A DNA stretch of 64,000 nt, from assembly GCA_002269645.1 (NCBI GenBank), contig NIVC01002773.1, forward strand, positions 1-64,000, written 5' to 3'. The notes below the pieces were generated by a model. That model made no database searches and was not told the DNA's origin. It was given only the letters and a program-made list of their open reading frames with translations. This document shows positions 46,720 through 59,600 of this stretch, piece after piece. Position 1 is the stretch's first letter. Every line of letters starts with the position of its first letter. The DNA comes from Macrostomum lignano (lineage: Eukaryota). The position numbers were made by a program, and so were the translations under genes.

Positions 46720-47600
46720 TGGTTGCTACTACTAGTGGCTTTGATGGCTACTAGTAGTGGTTTTGATGGCTACTAGTAGTGGCTTGGATGGCTACTAGTA
46801 GTGGTTTTGATGGCTACTAGAAGTGGCTTGGATGGCTACTAGTAGTGGTTTTGATGGCTACTAGTAGTGGCTTGGATGGCTACTAGTAGTGGTTTTGATG
46901 GCTACTAGAAGTGGCTTGGATGGCTACTAGTAGTGGTTTTAATGGCTACTAGTAGTGGCTTGAGGTGGCTACTAGTAGTGGCTTGAGGAGGCTACAAGTA
47001 GTGGCTTGGATGGCTACTAGTAGTGGCTTGGATGGCTACTAGTAGTGGCTTGGATGGCTACTAGTAGTGGCTTGGATGGCTACTAGTAGTGGCTTGAGGT
47101 GGCTACTACTAGTGCTTGGATGGCTATTAAATGTAATAATGGCTTGAGGTTGGCTACTAGTAGTTTCTTGAATGGCTACTAGTAGTGACTTGAGGTGGCT
47201 ACTAGTAGTGGCTTGGATGGCTACTAGTAGTGGCTTGGATGGCTACTAGTAGTGGCTTGGATGGCTACTAGTAGTGGCTTGGATGGCTACTAGTAGTGAC
47301 TTGAGGTGGCTACTACTAGTGCTTGGATGGCTATTAAATGTAATAATGGCTTGAGGTTGGCTACTAGTAGTTTCTTGAATGGCTACTAGTAGTGACTTGA
47401 GGTGGCTACTAGTAGTGGCTTGGATGGCTACTAGTAGTGGCTTGAGGTGGCTACTAGTAGTGGCTTGAGGTGGCTACTAGTAGTGGCTTGAGGTGGCTAC
47501 TAGTAGTGGCTAGGAGTGGCTACTAGTGTCTTAAAATGTAGCTACGAGTAGTAGTGAGTTGAAGTATATCCAGTCCACGACTCTACTAGTTATGACTAGC
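46720..47600. repeat. 22-bp minisatellite, PBK intron 2
   Basis: Unit GGATGGCTACTAGTAGTGGCTT. Confidence 0.93.
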
Positions 47601-47657
47601 AATTACTACTAGTAGCAGCCCGGGCCAGCAATAGCAGTGCTGCAGAGTTGGGCAAAC

Positions 47658-48137
47658 CTCAGGAGCGGCCCAGAGCTCGGTGCCGCGGAACTCCGCACCC
47701 GGAGGAGCTTCAAGCGCATCGCCAGACAGCGGCAGCGCGGAGCCAAAGTCGCACATCCTCAGCCGGCCGTCGTCAGTCAGCAGCAGGTTGGCGCTCTTCA
47801 GGTCGCCGTGCATCAGCTTCTGCTCGTAGTGCAAATAGCGCAGCGCCTCGGCCGCCTGCGTTGCCATGGAAACGATGAATTCCGAGTCGAAGGGTTGCGT
47901 AGGCGGTTGATCGAACCCGCGACCTTCTTCCTGACGTTCCTCGATGGCTTCCATTAAAGAACGGCCGCCGAATTGCATCAGCAATGAGGTGGCAACGCCG
48001 AGGGAGTTGTCGATCAGCAGGCCGCGATAGCCGATGATGCCCGGATGCTTTAGCCGGGCCAGCACGTCCGCCTCGAAGACCAGGCGGTGCGCCAGGGCCG
48101 CGTCCGACGAGGGCGCTTTGGCTAGGCGGGGATTGGC
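47658..48137 (-). CDS. PBK: PBK/TOPK kinase, exon 2
   Basis: CCCGCAG|GCC ... GAG|GTTTGC; RL..EA.VL..LKHPGIIGYR, LRYLH.EQKLMHGDLKSAN, CDFG..LPL, GTELWAAPE; 480 nt, phase 0-0. Confidence 0.92.
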
Positions 48138-48164
48138 CTGCGGGGGCGGGTTGGAGCGGGACAG

Positions 48165-48360
48165 GAGTGAGACACCTGGCTTAACAGGTGAGAAACCGGA
48201 GTTTACTGGGTGAGACACCTGGCTTAACAGGTGAGAAACCGGAGTTTACTGGGTGAGACACCTGGCTTAACAGGTGAGAAACCGGAGTTTACTGGGTGAG
48301 ACACCTGGCTTAACAGGTGAGAAACCGGAGTTTATTGAGTGAGACACCTGGCTGACCAGG
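48165..48360. repeat. 43-bp minisatellite, PBK intron 1
   Basis: Unit GTGAGACACCTGGCTTAACAGGTGAGAAACCGGAGTTTACTGG. Confidence 0.9.
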
Positions 48361-48560
48361 TGCAACAGTCTGTTCGTACTCCAGGTTAGAAACAAGTTGT
48401 TTAGGATTGAGAGATACCGGAGTTTCATGAATGCGAAGTCTAAATTAACCTCTGGTTTACCGGGACAGACACACTGTCTACCAGAGAGACATTAATTTAT
48501 TAGATGAGAGTTAAGCTTGCCATGTATAAGGTAGCATAAATTCTGGCATAATATACTCAC

Positions 48561-48719
48561 CCGCTTAGCAGCCCAAGGTGAGCGATACGGGCTATCGGTG
48601 TGAGCTCCTGGTCGCTCCAAGCGAATTACTTCCACCCCAGTGCCAAGACCCAGCGGTTTTGCTGGCTGCTGTGGCAGCGATGCAGGAAGCTGAGCTACTT
48701 GGCTGCTATTATCAGACAT
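48561..48719 (-). CDS. PBK: PBK/TOPK kinase, exon 1
   Basis: LGLGTGVEV..L.R.....SPWAAKR resembles human LGFGTGVNVYLMKR...SPWAVKK; donor CGG|GTGAGT. Confidence 0.88.
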
Positions 48720-51335
48720 AATTTACTGCCTGAACTTATGCTGGCAACTGCAATGATCAAACATAAAATTTCAAGGCTCAAATAAAACAGTAAACTCATA
48801 ATTATTCCTTTCGTTGTAAACATGACACAGGTATACATAGCTATATTCCTGTCTGTCTTTGAATTTTTGAGAACCATCTGGCTGATTTTTTCAAATTAGC
48901 TTTAAAAATTGTACATCATTTTTTGGCTATCATGCATAATTTTTTCTTATGAAAAGTTCAAATTGGAAGTGGGTCAAATACTCGTATTTGAAAAATGATG
49001 GCTTTTAATGCTTTCAATGGGTGCTCTATTATTAAATTAGTTATTCAGTTCAACCACTTTAGGCCTCTCCTTGGCCAATGTACAGTGTAGGATGTACTAT
49101 TCACAATAAAGCTAAGGAGTTTTATGACCCTCTATGAGGTAATTTGAGGCAATTTGTGGTGTTGATTGAATTTTATAGTCTATCCAACCAGCCTGATAGA
49201 TGATCAATGAAAAGAGGGAGGGGTTATATTAAAGCTGGCCTGAAATATGGTGCCTTGTTTGTTTTTTTGCTTTTTGCTTTTTTTGTAGTGCCATTGGAAA
49301 TCCCATAAGCAAAATAAGCCTAACACCATCATCTTTCCCTATGGTAGAAGCAATACCATGTTGTATTTTTCTAGCTTATCTTGCAAAAGCATCCTTGCTA
49401 GCAATCTTATTTGCTATATTGATTTTTCTGGTCTGCTTTGGTCTTATCCAACATTTATAAAAAATGCTTTCCAAAATAAGTTTTAATAAGTAAAAGTTAA
49501 AAGTTTTAATTTTTGTATTAAGATATTCCTAGATATCCTAGACTATTGGTAATAATAATTATAAGTAACAGAAAAAGACAGACTTAAATAACATATCCCT
49601 ATTGGAATAAGTTTCAAAAAACCCATAGACACATAACACTAATGCAACAAGTAGCTCAAATGCATGATATACAAAACAAAATTTTGTAAAATTTTTACAA
49701 AACAAGTGCAATGAAATGCAAAACTGATAAGATAGTATAATATACTTAAGATAGTATACGTTATTCTATAAGATAATACTCTTTGAATCTATACATGACA
49801 TTAGAAAATATCTAAAACATGATAGATAACCATTTGCATTCTTGTTTCAATTTCTTGACAAATCAAAACATGAGCATATGACTCAGAAATCAATAACTAA
49901 AATATATGTCACATTTTACAATTTCAATCAAAACTAAATGTAGTATTGTTGGTGGATTTCTTTTTTATTTAAGTTTTCTTAGCATGCATGCTAAATGTAG
50001 CCTTAAATACCATAGTCCAGAAGGTGGCCTTTGAAAAATTCTGGCATATTTTTGTCCTTGCTGACAATCTCAATGGGTGCTGATAAACTTGTAAACTTTT
50101 TTGTCAACTAGCCTAGCTATATAGTAAATTCATCAACTGGTAAATTCCTTAGCGCAGTACACTATGTATAACTATTTCAGTGCATAGATAAATTAAATAC
50201 TCATAAAACCAATGAGCTGATTTTAATGGTTTTAGGTCCAGGACATGACAATTGCCAAATGTGATAATTGTGACAATGCTTTTATTACTAGATTATCTAT
50301 TGCTAGAACAGCTTTTCACTGGACTGACTAGATACCAGATAGCAGTGCGTATCATTGAGCAGTCTTCTATGTATAAATATAAAATATGAGATATAATAAA
50401 ACTATAAAACAATGATACCAAGAATCTTCCATGACAACTAAGGATTGCAAGTTGCAAGTCGTATGATCCCAATCTTAATCAATTTCAATTAGTTTTAATA
50501 AATTTCATTTAATCAAAATATTTATTAATCACTTGTTTATATGTGTACAAGCTGTTGAAACCCGCGGATTTTGAACCCGGGGAATTCCAATCCCCGGAAC
50601 CATTTTCGCATGTATTCTAAAATCCGAAGTCATACTAAAAGACTTGTTATTAGTTAGGATAGAGGTGTGAACAAAACTTGGTATAAATGTGTGTTAAAAA
50701 GTATATTTCTAGAATAGAATAAAACAGAACAGAATAGAAACTAAGACTACATAAACGTTTACATCATCAGGACAGTATAGAATCTATCTAAGGAGATGGG
50801 ATTAATATGTAGCTTTCAAGCATAGCAACAAAGAAGCAGTACAGTAGTTGCTGTCTAAGACTAAGTAAAAGAGAAAAATTGTTGTGCTGTTTAAGTATTC
50901 TAGAGAAACTAAGCAGAGTGAATATGCAGGACAACAGCAAAACCGATAAGGAACATATTTGGGTAGTGTTAAAATAACATTTTAGTATCGACATTGCAAA
51001 TTAACAGTAGAAGTACCAAGCTTTATTCTGCCAACTTTCTTTGCAAATCAATCTTCTAGTTCTAGTCCAGTCTGGAACGAAATTTACTTGACTCTTGCTT
51101 TAGTAGGTTAGCAAAGTCCTTGAAGTCGTTTTCTGGGGTTCGTCCACTCTGGCAAGAAAGTTTGAAAAAAATTAGCAAGGAAAAATATTTGAATAGGGGA
51201 GCTTGGTACGTCTGCTGCTGATAAAGGTAGTTTTTAATAAGATTAACAAATAGATAAAAGTTCAGCTTTAAGATAAGTTATGCTCTTGTCAGTGAAAAGT
51301 GAATATAGTTCAGTTGTAATAACTTTCACAGATGT

Positions 51336-54300
51336 TTATCGCAGTGCCTGAGGATACAGCAGATTCCTTGTTCTCCCCCTGGGAGCAAGGATGAAGAGGC
51401 CAGCTGGAGTTCCAACGCGTGAGCATGCAACATAAAGTTGGCCATGTGAGAAGCAGGTTGACTCCAAGTTGATTCCGGCCACCTTTAGCGACTGTCCTTG
51501 GGCTTTGTTGATGGTCATGGCAAAGCAGACCTTCACTGGGAACTGTACTCGCTTGAATTGAAAAGGCAGGTCCGATGGAATAATTGGAATTCTCGGAATA
51601 AACACAGACTGCCCTTTGCCGGATCCTGTCACGATTGTTGCCTCAATCACATTCGGAAAGAGTTGCTTGACGATCAGCCTGGTGCCATTACATAGCTTTG
51701 GGGCATTCAAATTGCGCAGTAGCATACTTGGTGCACCCACTTTTAACTGGAGGTTGTGCGATGGCGTTCCAGGAGGCTCTAGAGAGTTCAAGAACTCAAT
51801 TGGAAACTCCACAGCATTGTCATCAGTCATTGTTGTGTCAATTGATTTGTAGCTGGTGGTATTGCCAGGCAGCTCATTGAGCAGCTGAGAGTTGATACCA
51901 TTAGCTGCGTCATTCCTGGGACACAAAATGGCTCTCTCTGACAGCCAGTTAATGTCAGAAAATTTGTGCGACAGGTTTAGGTAAACCTTAGCCTTGAGCT
52001 CCTGCACAGAAGAGACGATTGTACCGAATGCAGCAATTGGTGACAGCCCATCCTCAGGGCTGACCTCCAGTTGGCCATCACCAATTCGCAAAAGATTGAT
52101 AGAAAACTGATGAGCCGTTTCATCGCCATAAACTGCAGCCCTCATGTTGGTTCGCAAGTGCAGCTTCTCAACTGATGGCCACAGATGCGAAGATTTGAGG
52201 CAGGCATTGATCTCATCGGCTGGGGTGCCGCGCGGAATTACAGGCAACGTCTGTCTAAAGTCTCCAGACAGCAGCAGGGTGACACCACCCATTAGCTGGT
52301 TGTTGCCGCGCAGATCCTTCAGCGTCAGGTTAAGTGCTTCAAAAGCCAGTTTGTGGGACATGGTACACTCATCCCAGACAATAAGCTTGCAGGCTTGCAA
52401 TACTCTGGCAGTGCCGCTGTTCTTCTTGATGTTGCACAGGGGATTTTCAACTCTTGACAGATCAAGTGGCAATTTTAGTGCTGAGTGAGCAGTGCGACCA
52501 CCTGGAAGTAGCGTGGCTGCGATTCCAGAGGAAGCGACAGCAATTGCAATATCGCCTCCGTGTCTAACCTTTGACAGAAGGAGGTTAATCAGAAAAGTTT
52601 TTCCTGTCCCACCTGGAGCATCCAGGAAAAGTATTCCTCCTACATTGTCATTCACTCTTCGCAGTACCTCTTGGTACGCCTCTGCCTGCTCAGGTAGTAG
52701 GCGGGGCTCATTTTCCTCAATGAACTGACGGAGCTGCTCGCGATCAAAGCTAGTTTCTCGCAGCATCTCCCTACTCAAATTCTCTTGTCGACGCCTTGCA
52801 GGTGTTGGAAGTCCAAAAATGTGCAAAGGACGATCCGTCAGTTCTAAAACCTTGTCCTCAATGCGCAGCAAGGCCTCGTTGAATACTGCCTCTGTGAAGG
52901 GCAATTCCTGCTCCTGTACCGACTGTCGCGCCCGATGGAGAATGTCCTCAGCCATATCTTCCTTGAAGTCTTCCCAAAGCTGAAGAGGATTAGAGAGACC
53001 ACAGGTGGCAATCAGAATAGCAAAGAGGTCTCGCATTTGGCCTGCTGAGCGCACCACAGATGCTTCTTGCATTGTGCTTCTCCACTGCGCGTCGTCTTCT
53101 AGTAGCCCCATTCGATGACACGCTTCTTGATAAGTTAAGCAGATCGACCTTCTACCGTCTTGATGTGCTGGAATGACATCGGGCCAACTACATTGTGTAG
53201 TAGCATGCGCAGGTAAAAACACTCGCGATGATTTGGGTGCACCGTGTAGACTCTGGACAGTGCATCTGTTTGCCGCATTCCTGGATGACCTGGAACTGCA
53301 GCACCTTGAACTCGTCGTTTCCAACTTTTCGAAGAGGCATTCCACGTGTAGTATGTGGGTACCTGAGGGTATAGCAAGGTTCTGGCATAGGCATCTTCAG
53401 CGCACAACTTAAAAAAGGCAGTGAGTGTAGTGTCCGGTGGTCGCTGACCTCGCTGCATCATGTTTTCCTCGGTGAAGTACACTCTTTGACCATTCTCCAG
53501 GTGCACGCTTAGGTGCACTACGGTTGGGTGGCGTTCATGAATTGAGAAACCAAAAATTCGCCACATTGCTTCATTTGAGCTGATGTACCGTCCACTCTCG
53601 TAGCGAGCCACCTCATCGCGCTCAGCCCCTTGCCTTTCAAGGCCAAACACTGCCTGGTCGCTGCCCTTGTTGACATACTTGCAAATGTACTTGATTGACT
53701 TGACTGAGTTGCAGTATTCAACATTGATGTGTGCGTTGAACACTTTTGACAGGAGTGGGCAATAGGGAACGACCCACCTGTTGTCCAAATTGACCTCCTC
53801 AGTCTGTCCATTTGCACGTAGGATTATTGGAAAGGTGAAGCCACCGTCCTCAGGTGACCTTCTTCGATACAACGGGTATCCATCTTCGCCGGTCACTGTC
53901 TCGCACAGCAGAGCCTTGGGAAATTTCTTGGAGCAATGGCCATCTACCATGCAAGGCGAATCTGGCTTCAGACGGCCGCATGGTCCATGAATCATCTGCC
54001 TAGTGACGATTTGGTACAGCTGAGGGTCCTCGTCTGGATCAGGAATCTCAGCTCGGATAACGCTATCAATTTGATTCGGCCTAATCCGGTTCCGTAGCCA
54101 AATCAGAATATGCGCGTGTGGCAGTCCCCGTTTCTGCCATTCGATCGTGTACATGTCGCATCTAGTAGGCCCAAAGATAGCTCCTTTGGTAATGAATTCC
54201 ATCAGTTGTTTTAATTTTAGTTGAAAAACTCGGGCCACTAAGTTGTGTCTATCCTGACTTTGCTGTCCCGGCATGAGCTCTGATTTAAGCTCATTCCATG

Positions 54301-56605
54301 CACTGTTGCAGGTGAAAGTAATAAAGAGGTCGGGGCGACCGTACTTTCTTACGTAAGTCATGGCGTCTTGTGTCCGCTCATGCATGTAGCGTGGGCCACC
54401 AGTAAATGAAGAGGGCAGAATAACCATTTGGCCAATTTCATTCGGATTTCTCTCTCCGGCAATAGCGTCTCGAAGATGAATGTACTCTTCTACTCTAAGC
54501 TTCTTTTGGTTAAAGCGGATGAAATTCAGTCGCTTGCACTCAATTTTAGCATACATGTCCACAGAAAACTGCAGCAGTAGCTTTCGACACCGGAGAATGC
54601 AGTTGAAACTTCCTTCACGAACCATGAGCCGATAAGCGTAGAAGTCCATTGCTGACACTTTCTTTGTGGCTGATGGATTTCCGGTGCGAATGTCAGTCTG
54701 TTGGATATCGAAATGATATCCGTCTTCGCCTTCCCAGAAAATAAGAGGGTACTGCAGAGCATCATACCCCCTGTGCATCTCAGATATCCTGGTTAACTGG
54801 TTGCTTCGCAGTTCCAAAACAATGTCTCGCTTTTCAAACTGTTGACCAACAATTTGAATGGCAACGTTGTCAACAACAGGTGCATTGAATCTTCTTTCGT
54901 GTTGGCCAGCAGGCGTCTTTGTTGCGTGAATGACAACTCGAAGTTCCTCTACATTTGGAGGTAGCCGCTCCATAGCAGTTTTAAAATCGCGCACGTACTT
55001 GTTATGCGCATGCATAATTTCCTGTAGCTCGAAAACAATGTTAGGTCGCACACCTGGAGCAATCCTACATTGGCGCTCAACTTCTTCGTGGCTGTCTCCC
55101 ATGAAGTAGATCTGCAGGAACTTTGGCTCCTCTCCTTGCAGCGGCAGCAACGATCCCACCAGATGGTACACCTGCCCTTGGACTTTAAAAGTAGGCATGA
55201 AGCCTGGCTCTTCAACTATTCTTTCAGCTCCAAAAGAAGTGAACTGAAAACAGCTATTGTAGCGTCGAATGTTGGACAGAAAATGATCCGATTCCTCAGA
55301 GTTACCCAGCAACAAATGGCGAAGATAGTCTGGTAGATTCTCATTCAGAGGAGTGAGTCTGACTTTTCCATTGCTACAACACATGCCAGGTATCTCATTT
55401 GCCCACCTCAACGCATTGCAATGCTGACATTTCTTCGACATTCTTTCGATAGCAAGCTTTGGGTGGCTGCTATAAACAAAAGTAGGATCATAATTTAGAG
55501 CAAAGCTTAGGGCCCAAGGAGGTGGTCCAATTGCTTGCTCAGATTCGTCGTGGGCAACGTCTTGCTCAATAAATCGATAGGCCGCAGTGCGTTCTCTGTG
55601 GCGTCTTCGATCGTCTTCACGGCGCACTCCAGCTTCACCCGTCGTTTCATTACGTCGTGCCTCTGCGGTCTGATCTCTGTCCCGCTCCTGTCGTTGCTGA
55701 GTCTGGACAGTCGTTTCATTGCGTCGTGCCTCTGCGGTCTGATCTCTGTTACGTTCCTGCCGCTGCTGAGTCTGAACAGTCGTTTCATTGCGTCGTGCCT
55801 CTGCGGTCTGATCTCTGTCCCGTTCCTGTCATTGCTGAGTCTGGATAGTCGTTTCATTGCGTCGTGCCTCTGCGGTCTGATCTCTGTCCCGTTCCTGTCG
55901 CTGCTGAGTCTGGATAGTCGTTTCATTGCGTCGTGCCTCTGCGGTCTGATCTCTGTCCCGTTCCTGTCGTTGCTGAGTCTGGATAGTCGTTTCATTGCGT
56001 CGTGCCTCTGCGGTCTGATCTCTGTCCCGTTCCTGTCGTTGCTGAGTCTGGATAGTCGTTTCATTGCGTCGTGCCTCTGCGGTCTGATCTCTGTCCCGTT
56101 CCTGTCGTTGCTGAGTCTGGACAGTCGTTTCATTGCGTCGTGCCTTTGCGGTCTGATCTCTGTTACGTTCCTGCCGCTGCTGAGTCTGAACAGTCGTTTC
56201 ATTGCGTCGTGCCTCTGCGGTCTGATCTCTGTCCCGTTCCTTTTGTTGCTGAGTTTGAACAGTCGGTTCATTGCGTCGTGCCTCCGCTGTTTGCTGTCTT
56301 TTTTGTTCACGTCGTTTTTCTTCCCAATTTGCAGCCCTGAGAGGAACCTGTGTACCTCCAGTTCCATCGGAAGTGCTGGCGCCGGCTGCTGATGTCAATG
56401 ATCTTGTCGGTGGTCGAAGGCTTCTTTTCTGGGCTTGTTCTTCTACCGCACTTGCACTCGATCTAGCCTGGGCAGAGCTACCTGTGTTGTCTGCTTCCTC
56501 TGTGCCATGCGATGTTCCTGCTTCAGCCGCATTGCTTTGCCTTGCAGATCTCAATCGTCTAGCTGCTGCAGTGAAACGACCCAATGCGCTTTTCTTTGGA
56601 GGCAT
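51336..56605 (-). pseudogene. Helitron RepHel (HUH Y2 Rep + PIF1 helicase) with one nonsense codon and one frameshift
   Basis: Rep motifs PDLFITFTCN, EWQKRGLPHAHIL, KYICKYVNKG; helicase DAPGGTGKT, DECTM, GDFRQTLPV, FAMTINKAQGQS, HGQLYVACSRV; CGA>TGA at ~55830; 1-nt loss near 53140. Confidence 0.95.
55660..56290 (-). repeat. 69-bp coding tandem repeat (23 aa, QTAEARRNETTIQTQQRQERDRD) in the RepHel N-terminus
   Basis: ~9 units in frame with RepHel. Confidence 0.93.
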
Positions 56606-59600
56606 TTTAATTTTTAAGTGCCTTTAAATAGGACTTAGTGTTACAAATTCCATTTTGTGTGATTAATTCAGGAATCAGGATTGCATCGTATCGCTTTTTG
56701 TACCACAGTACAACTATGCTAGTCTTATCGATTGCCATCTTCCTCATCCACTGCTAAACTGTAGGGTTAGACTTAGACCTGTACGAATTGTAGGACAGGG
56801 ATTAGCAGGGACGGATTTAGGGAGGAGGGCGAAGCGCGCAACCCCGGTCAGTTTTGTGTATCCCAGATAAAAGATGTGTGCATTCCCCCATCGGAAATTT
56901 CTCTATCCGCTCCTGGGGGTTAGAATTTCTCACCAAACTGTCCTTCGCTATTGATCTGTGCCTCCAAACATGGTCCGCGCTTTCGTCCCCTTTGGAGCCA
57001 GCGGAGGCGACTCCCTACTGGGGGTAAATGGGCCATATCTTCCCTACCAAGGAACTATCCGCGGCAGCCCAGCCTATCTGTAGCCTAGCCAGCAGTGTCC
57101 CTTGGGCATGCAGGGAAGGCCAAAAATAATGCCATTCCAGTACAGTGCAGTGTACACTAAGCCCTACCCCCTGTTCTGGGGGAATGAGTGCGTGAGCGGC
57201 CTTTCTCATCCAAGCTGTTGAACTTGCAGAGTTAGGCCTACACAGATGAAGGAGAGAGATGTAGAAAATGTCAGTAGAAAATATCAGAATTAGGACAGTG
57301 GTTAGAATTTCTCGCTAAACTGCCATCCCATAGTCTCTTCACTGGGGCAGAGAGAATCCAAGTTGTTCGATCGAAACACTGTACATTGTTGCGTGCACAC
57401 TGACCCTGGTATGGGGAAATGAGTGAGAGGCTTGCTCTCCTTCTGCTGTACTGTACTGCACTCAATCTGGCATTTAAATTTTTTTATTTTAAGTGGCTTT
57501 AAGTAAAACTTAATAAGAAATGTTAAAATTTGTATGTTTTGTGACTTATTCAGTAGAACTATATCTATATCGCTTTTTTCAGAGATTTTTTGATCAATTT
57601 TGTCAAGTGTGAATTCAATCGCTTCATGTGGAGCAAACTTATAACAGCCGAAAGTTAGTCTATTTTAAAAGCTTTTCCACATCTCGCCAGATAAGGGAGA
57701 GAGAGGCGGAAGTTGGGGTGGCTGCCTCTCCTGCTGCTCATATTCTCTGCTCTCCTTAACACCCTCGTCTCTCGCGTTATCTTCTATCGTTTCTCTTCCC
57801 CCCTCTCGCCCCTACTCTCTGTCTAATAGTCTATTCCTTTTCCTTTTCACTCTCATCTGGCCCACAGCGCAGCCATTTGAGATAAAAATCTACCGATCCC
57901 TGCTTCAAAAGCCAGTTTGTGGGACGTAGTACTCGCATGGCTGTTATCATGTCTCATGCTTTAATCACATCATCTTTCTGGCCAATTAGCAGCCCTTGAG
58001 AGAAATTTGTGTATCTCCAGCTCCACCACCAAAGTCTGCACTCTGCAGCAGTCAAACAACCAAGGGAAATATGCATTTCCTAGGAGCCATTTAAATTTTA
58101 AAGTTACCTTATGCGAATTTTAATGTTAAAAGCTTCATGCTCTAACTAACTAATTTAGTAGAATTGCATTGTAATCAGTTGCTAGTTATTCATTCATTTC
58201 AAACCCTCCCACATTGTCTTGACTCTTGATTTGCCATCCACTGTTAAACTATTGCAGACTTGTCTATACAGAGGACAGTGGTTTGAATCTCTCGCTTACA
58301 CTGTCTCTCCTCTCCACGGCCACGCCTCTCCCTCTCCACTCGCGGGGGTGCAGAGAAGGCTATTAAAAAGTTATTCCAAAACACTGTACATTCGCTATGT
58401 ACATTGAGCCCTATCGCCTGACCCTTCGTCTGGGCTGGGGGAATGAGTGAGTGAGCGGCACAAACAACAGAAAAAGCAGAGTGCAGACAAACTTCACATG
58501 CCTATAGTTTCCGTCCTGATTGAGATACAAAGTTGAGACTTTACATTTAGACAGAGAATGAGTCAATAAAGAATTGTGTCAAGTCTGAAGTCAATCGCTT
58601 CACGTGGAGCAAACTTATGGCAGCTGAAAGTTAGTCATTTTAAAACCTATTTACACCCTTTGCCCAGATCGGGAAAGAGAGGCAGGCGGGCGGAGGTTGG
58701 GGTGGCTGCCACGCTGAAAAAAACAGCCAAACTTTAAAAGTGCACAGCGCCGTTCGGGATCAACTTTGAGACTTAAAACTTTACACGATTGTGTCAAAAT
58801 AGTTGAAGATTGTTTGTGTCAAATTTGAAGAGGATCGGTAGAAGTGGGGCGGCGCTATGGAGGATTTAGTAAAAAAATCGCTAATTTTGAGCAGTTTTTT
58901 GCACTTTTAGGTAGGAAGACTCAAATTTAGGAAATTAAAAGATAGCCTAAGACATTCTCCGTAGTGAGTTTAGGGTGGGTGTAAAATTTGGTGTTAGTTG
59001 GTTGAGCGGTTTGGGAGTCCATAGCGATCAAAATTGTCCACAGACACACAGACAGACAGACAGACAGACACACAGACAGAGTTTTGATTTTTATAGTTAG
59101 AGATAAATTGTAACTTTACTGGTTTTGCTTTTGTGTACATCTCTTACTTTTATATACTTCATTATACTGTACATCAAAAACCATAGTAACACATAGTTCA
59201 CAAATAAAAAAGTTGACAAGTTAATCCGGCTCCAATCTTGGCATATACTAGCCATATATAATTTTCAGATTCAATATTAAATGTGCACAGTTGGTATACC
59301 AAAAATATTCAAGTTTAGGATTAGTGTATATAAGTATAAAATAATTAAATATCAACTAAAGAAAGCCCTTTTAAAAATAATCCGAAACAAAAATAAAAGA
59401 ACATTAGTGCATTAAGCCACAAAAAGGCATTCAAATAAAAAATTTAAATGTTAAAAGCACAAAAAAATCTTTATTTTTTTGCATACCAAAACCCCCTCCC
59501 ACTTCATTCTTTAACTCAAGCCTGCTGTGGCATAGCAAGTTGTATCACTTGCAAAAATTAAGACTTCACCTGAACTCTCAAAAGTGGCAACCATAGACAG

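Larger units (their letters stand above)
50547..59103 (-). mobile_element. Full-length Helitron (~8.55 kb)
   Basis: Minus-strand 5' A|TCTCTAACTATAAAAATCAAAAC; 3' hairpin + CAGCTTGT; encodes RepHel. Confidence 0.95.

Noticed and set aside
11366-48360. Regular repeat arrays as possible CRISPR arrays
   Set aside because: All are head-to-tail tandem repeats without unique spacers; no cas genes; the context is eukaryotic with spliceosomal introns
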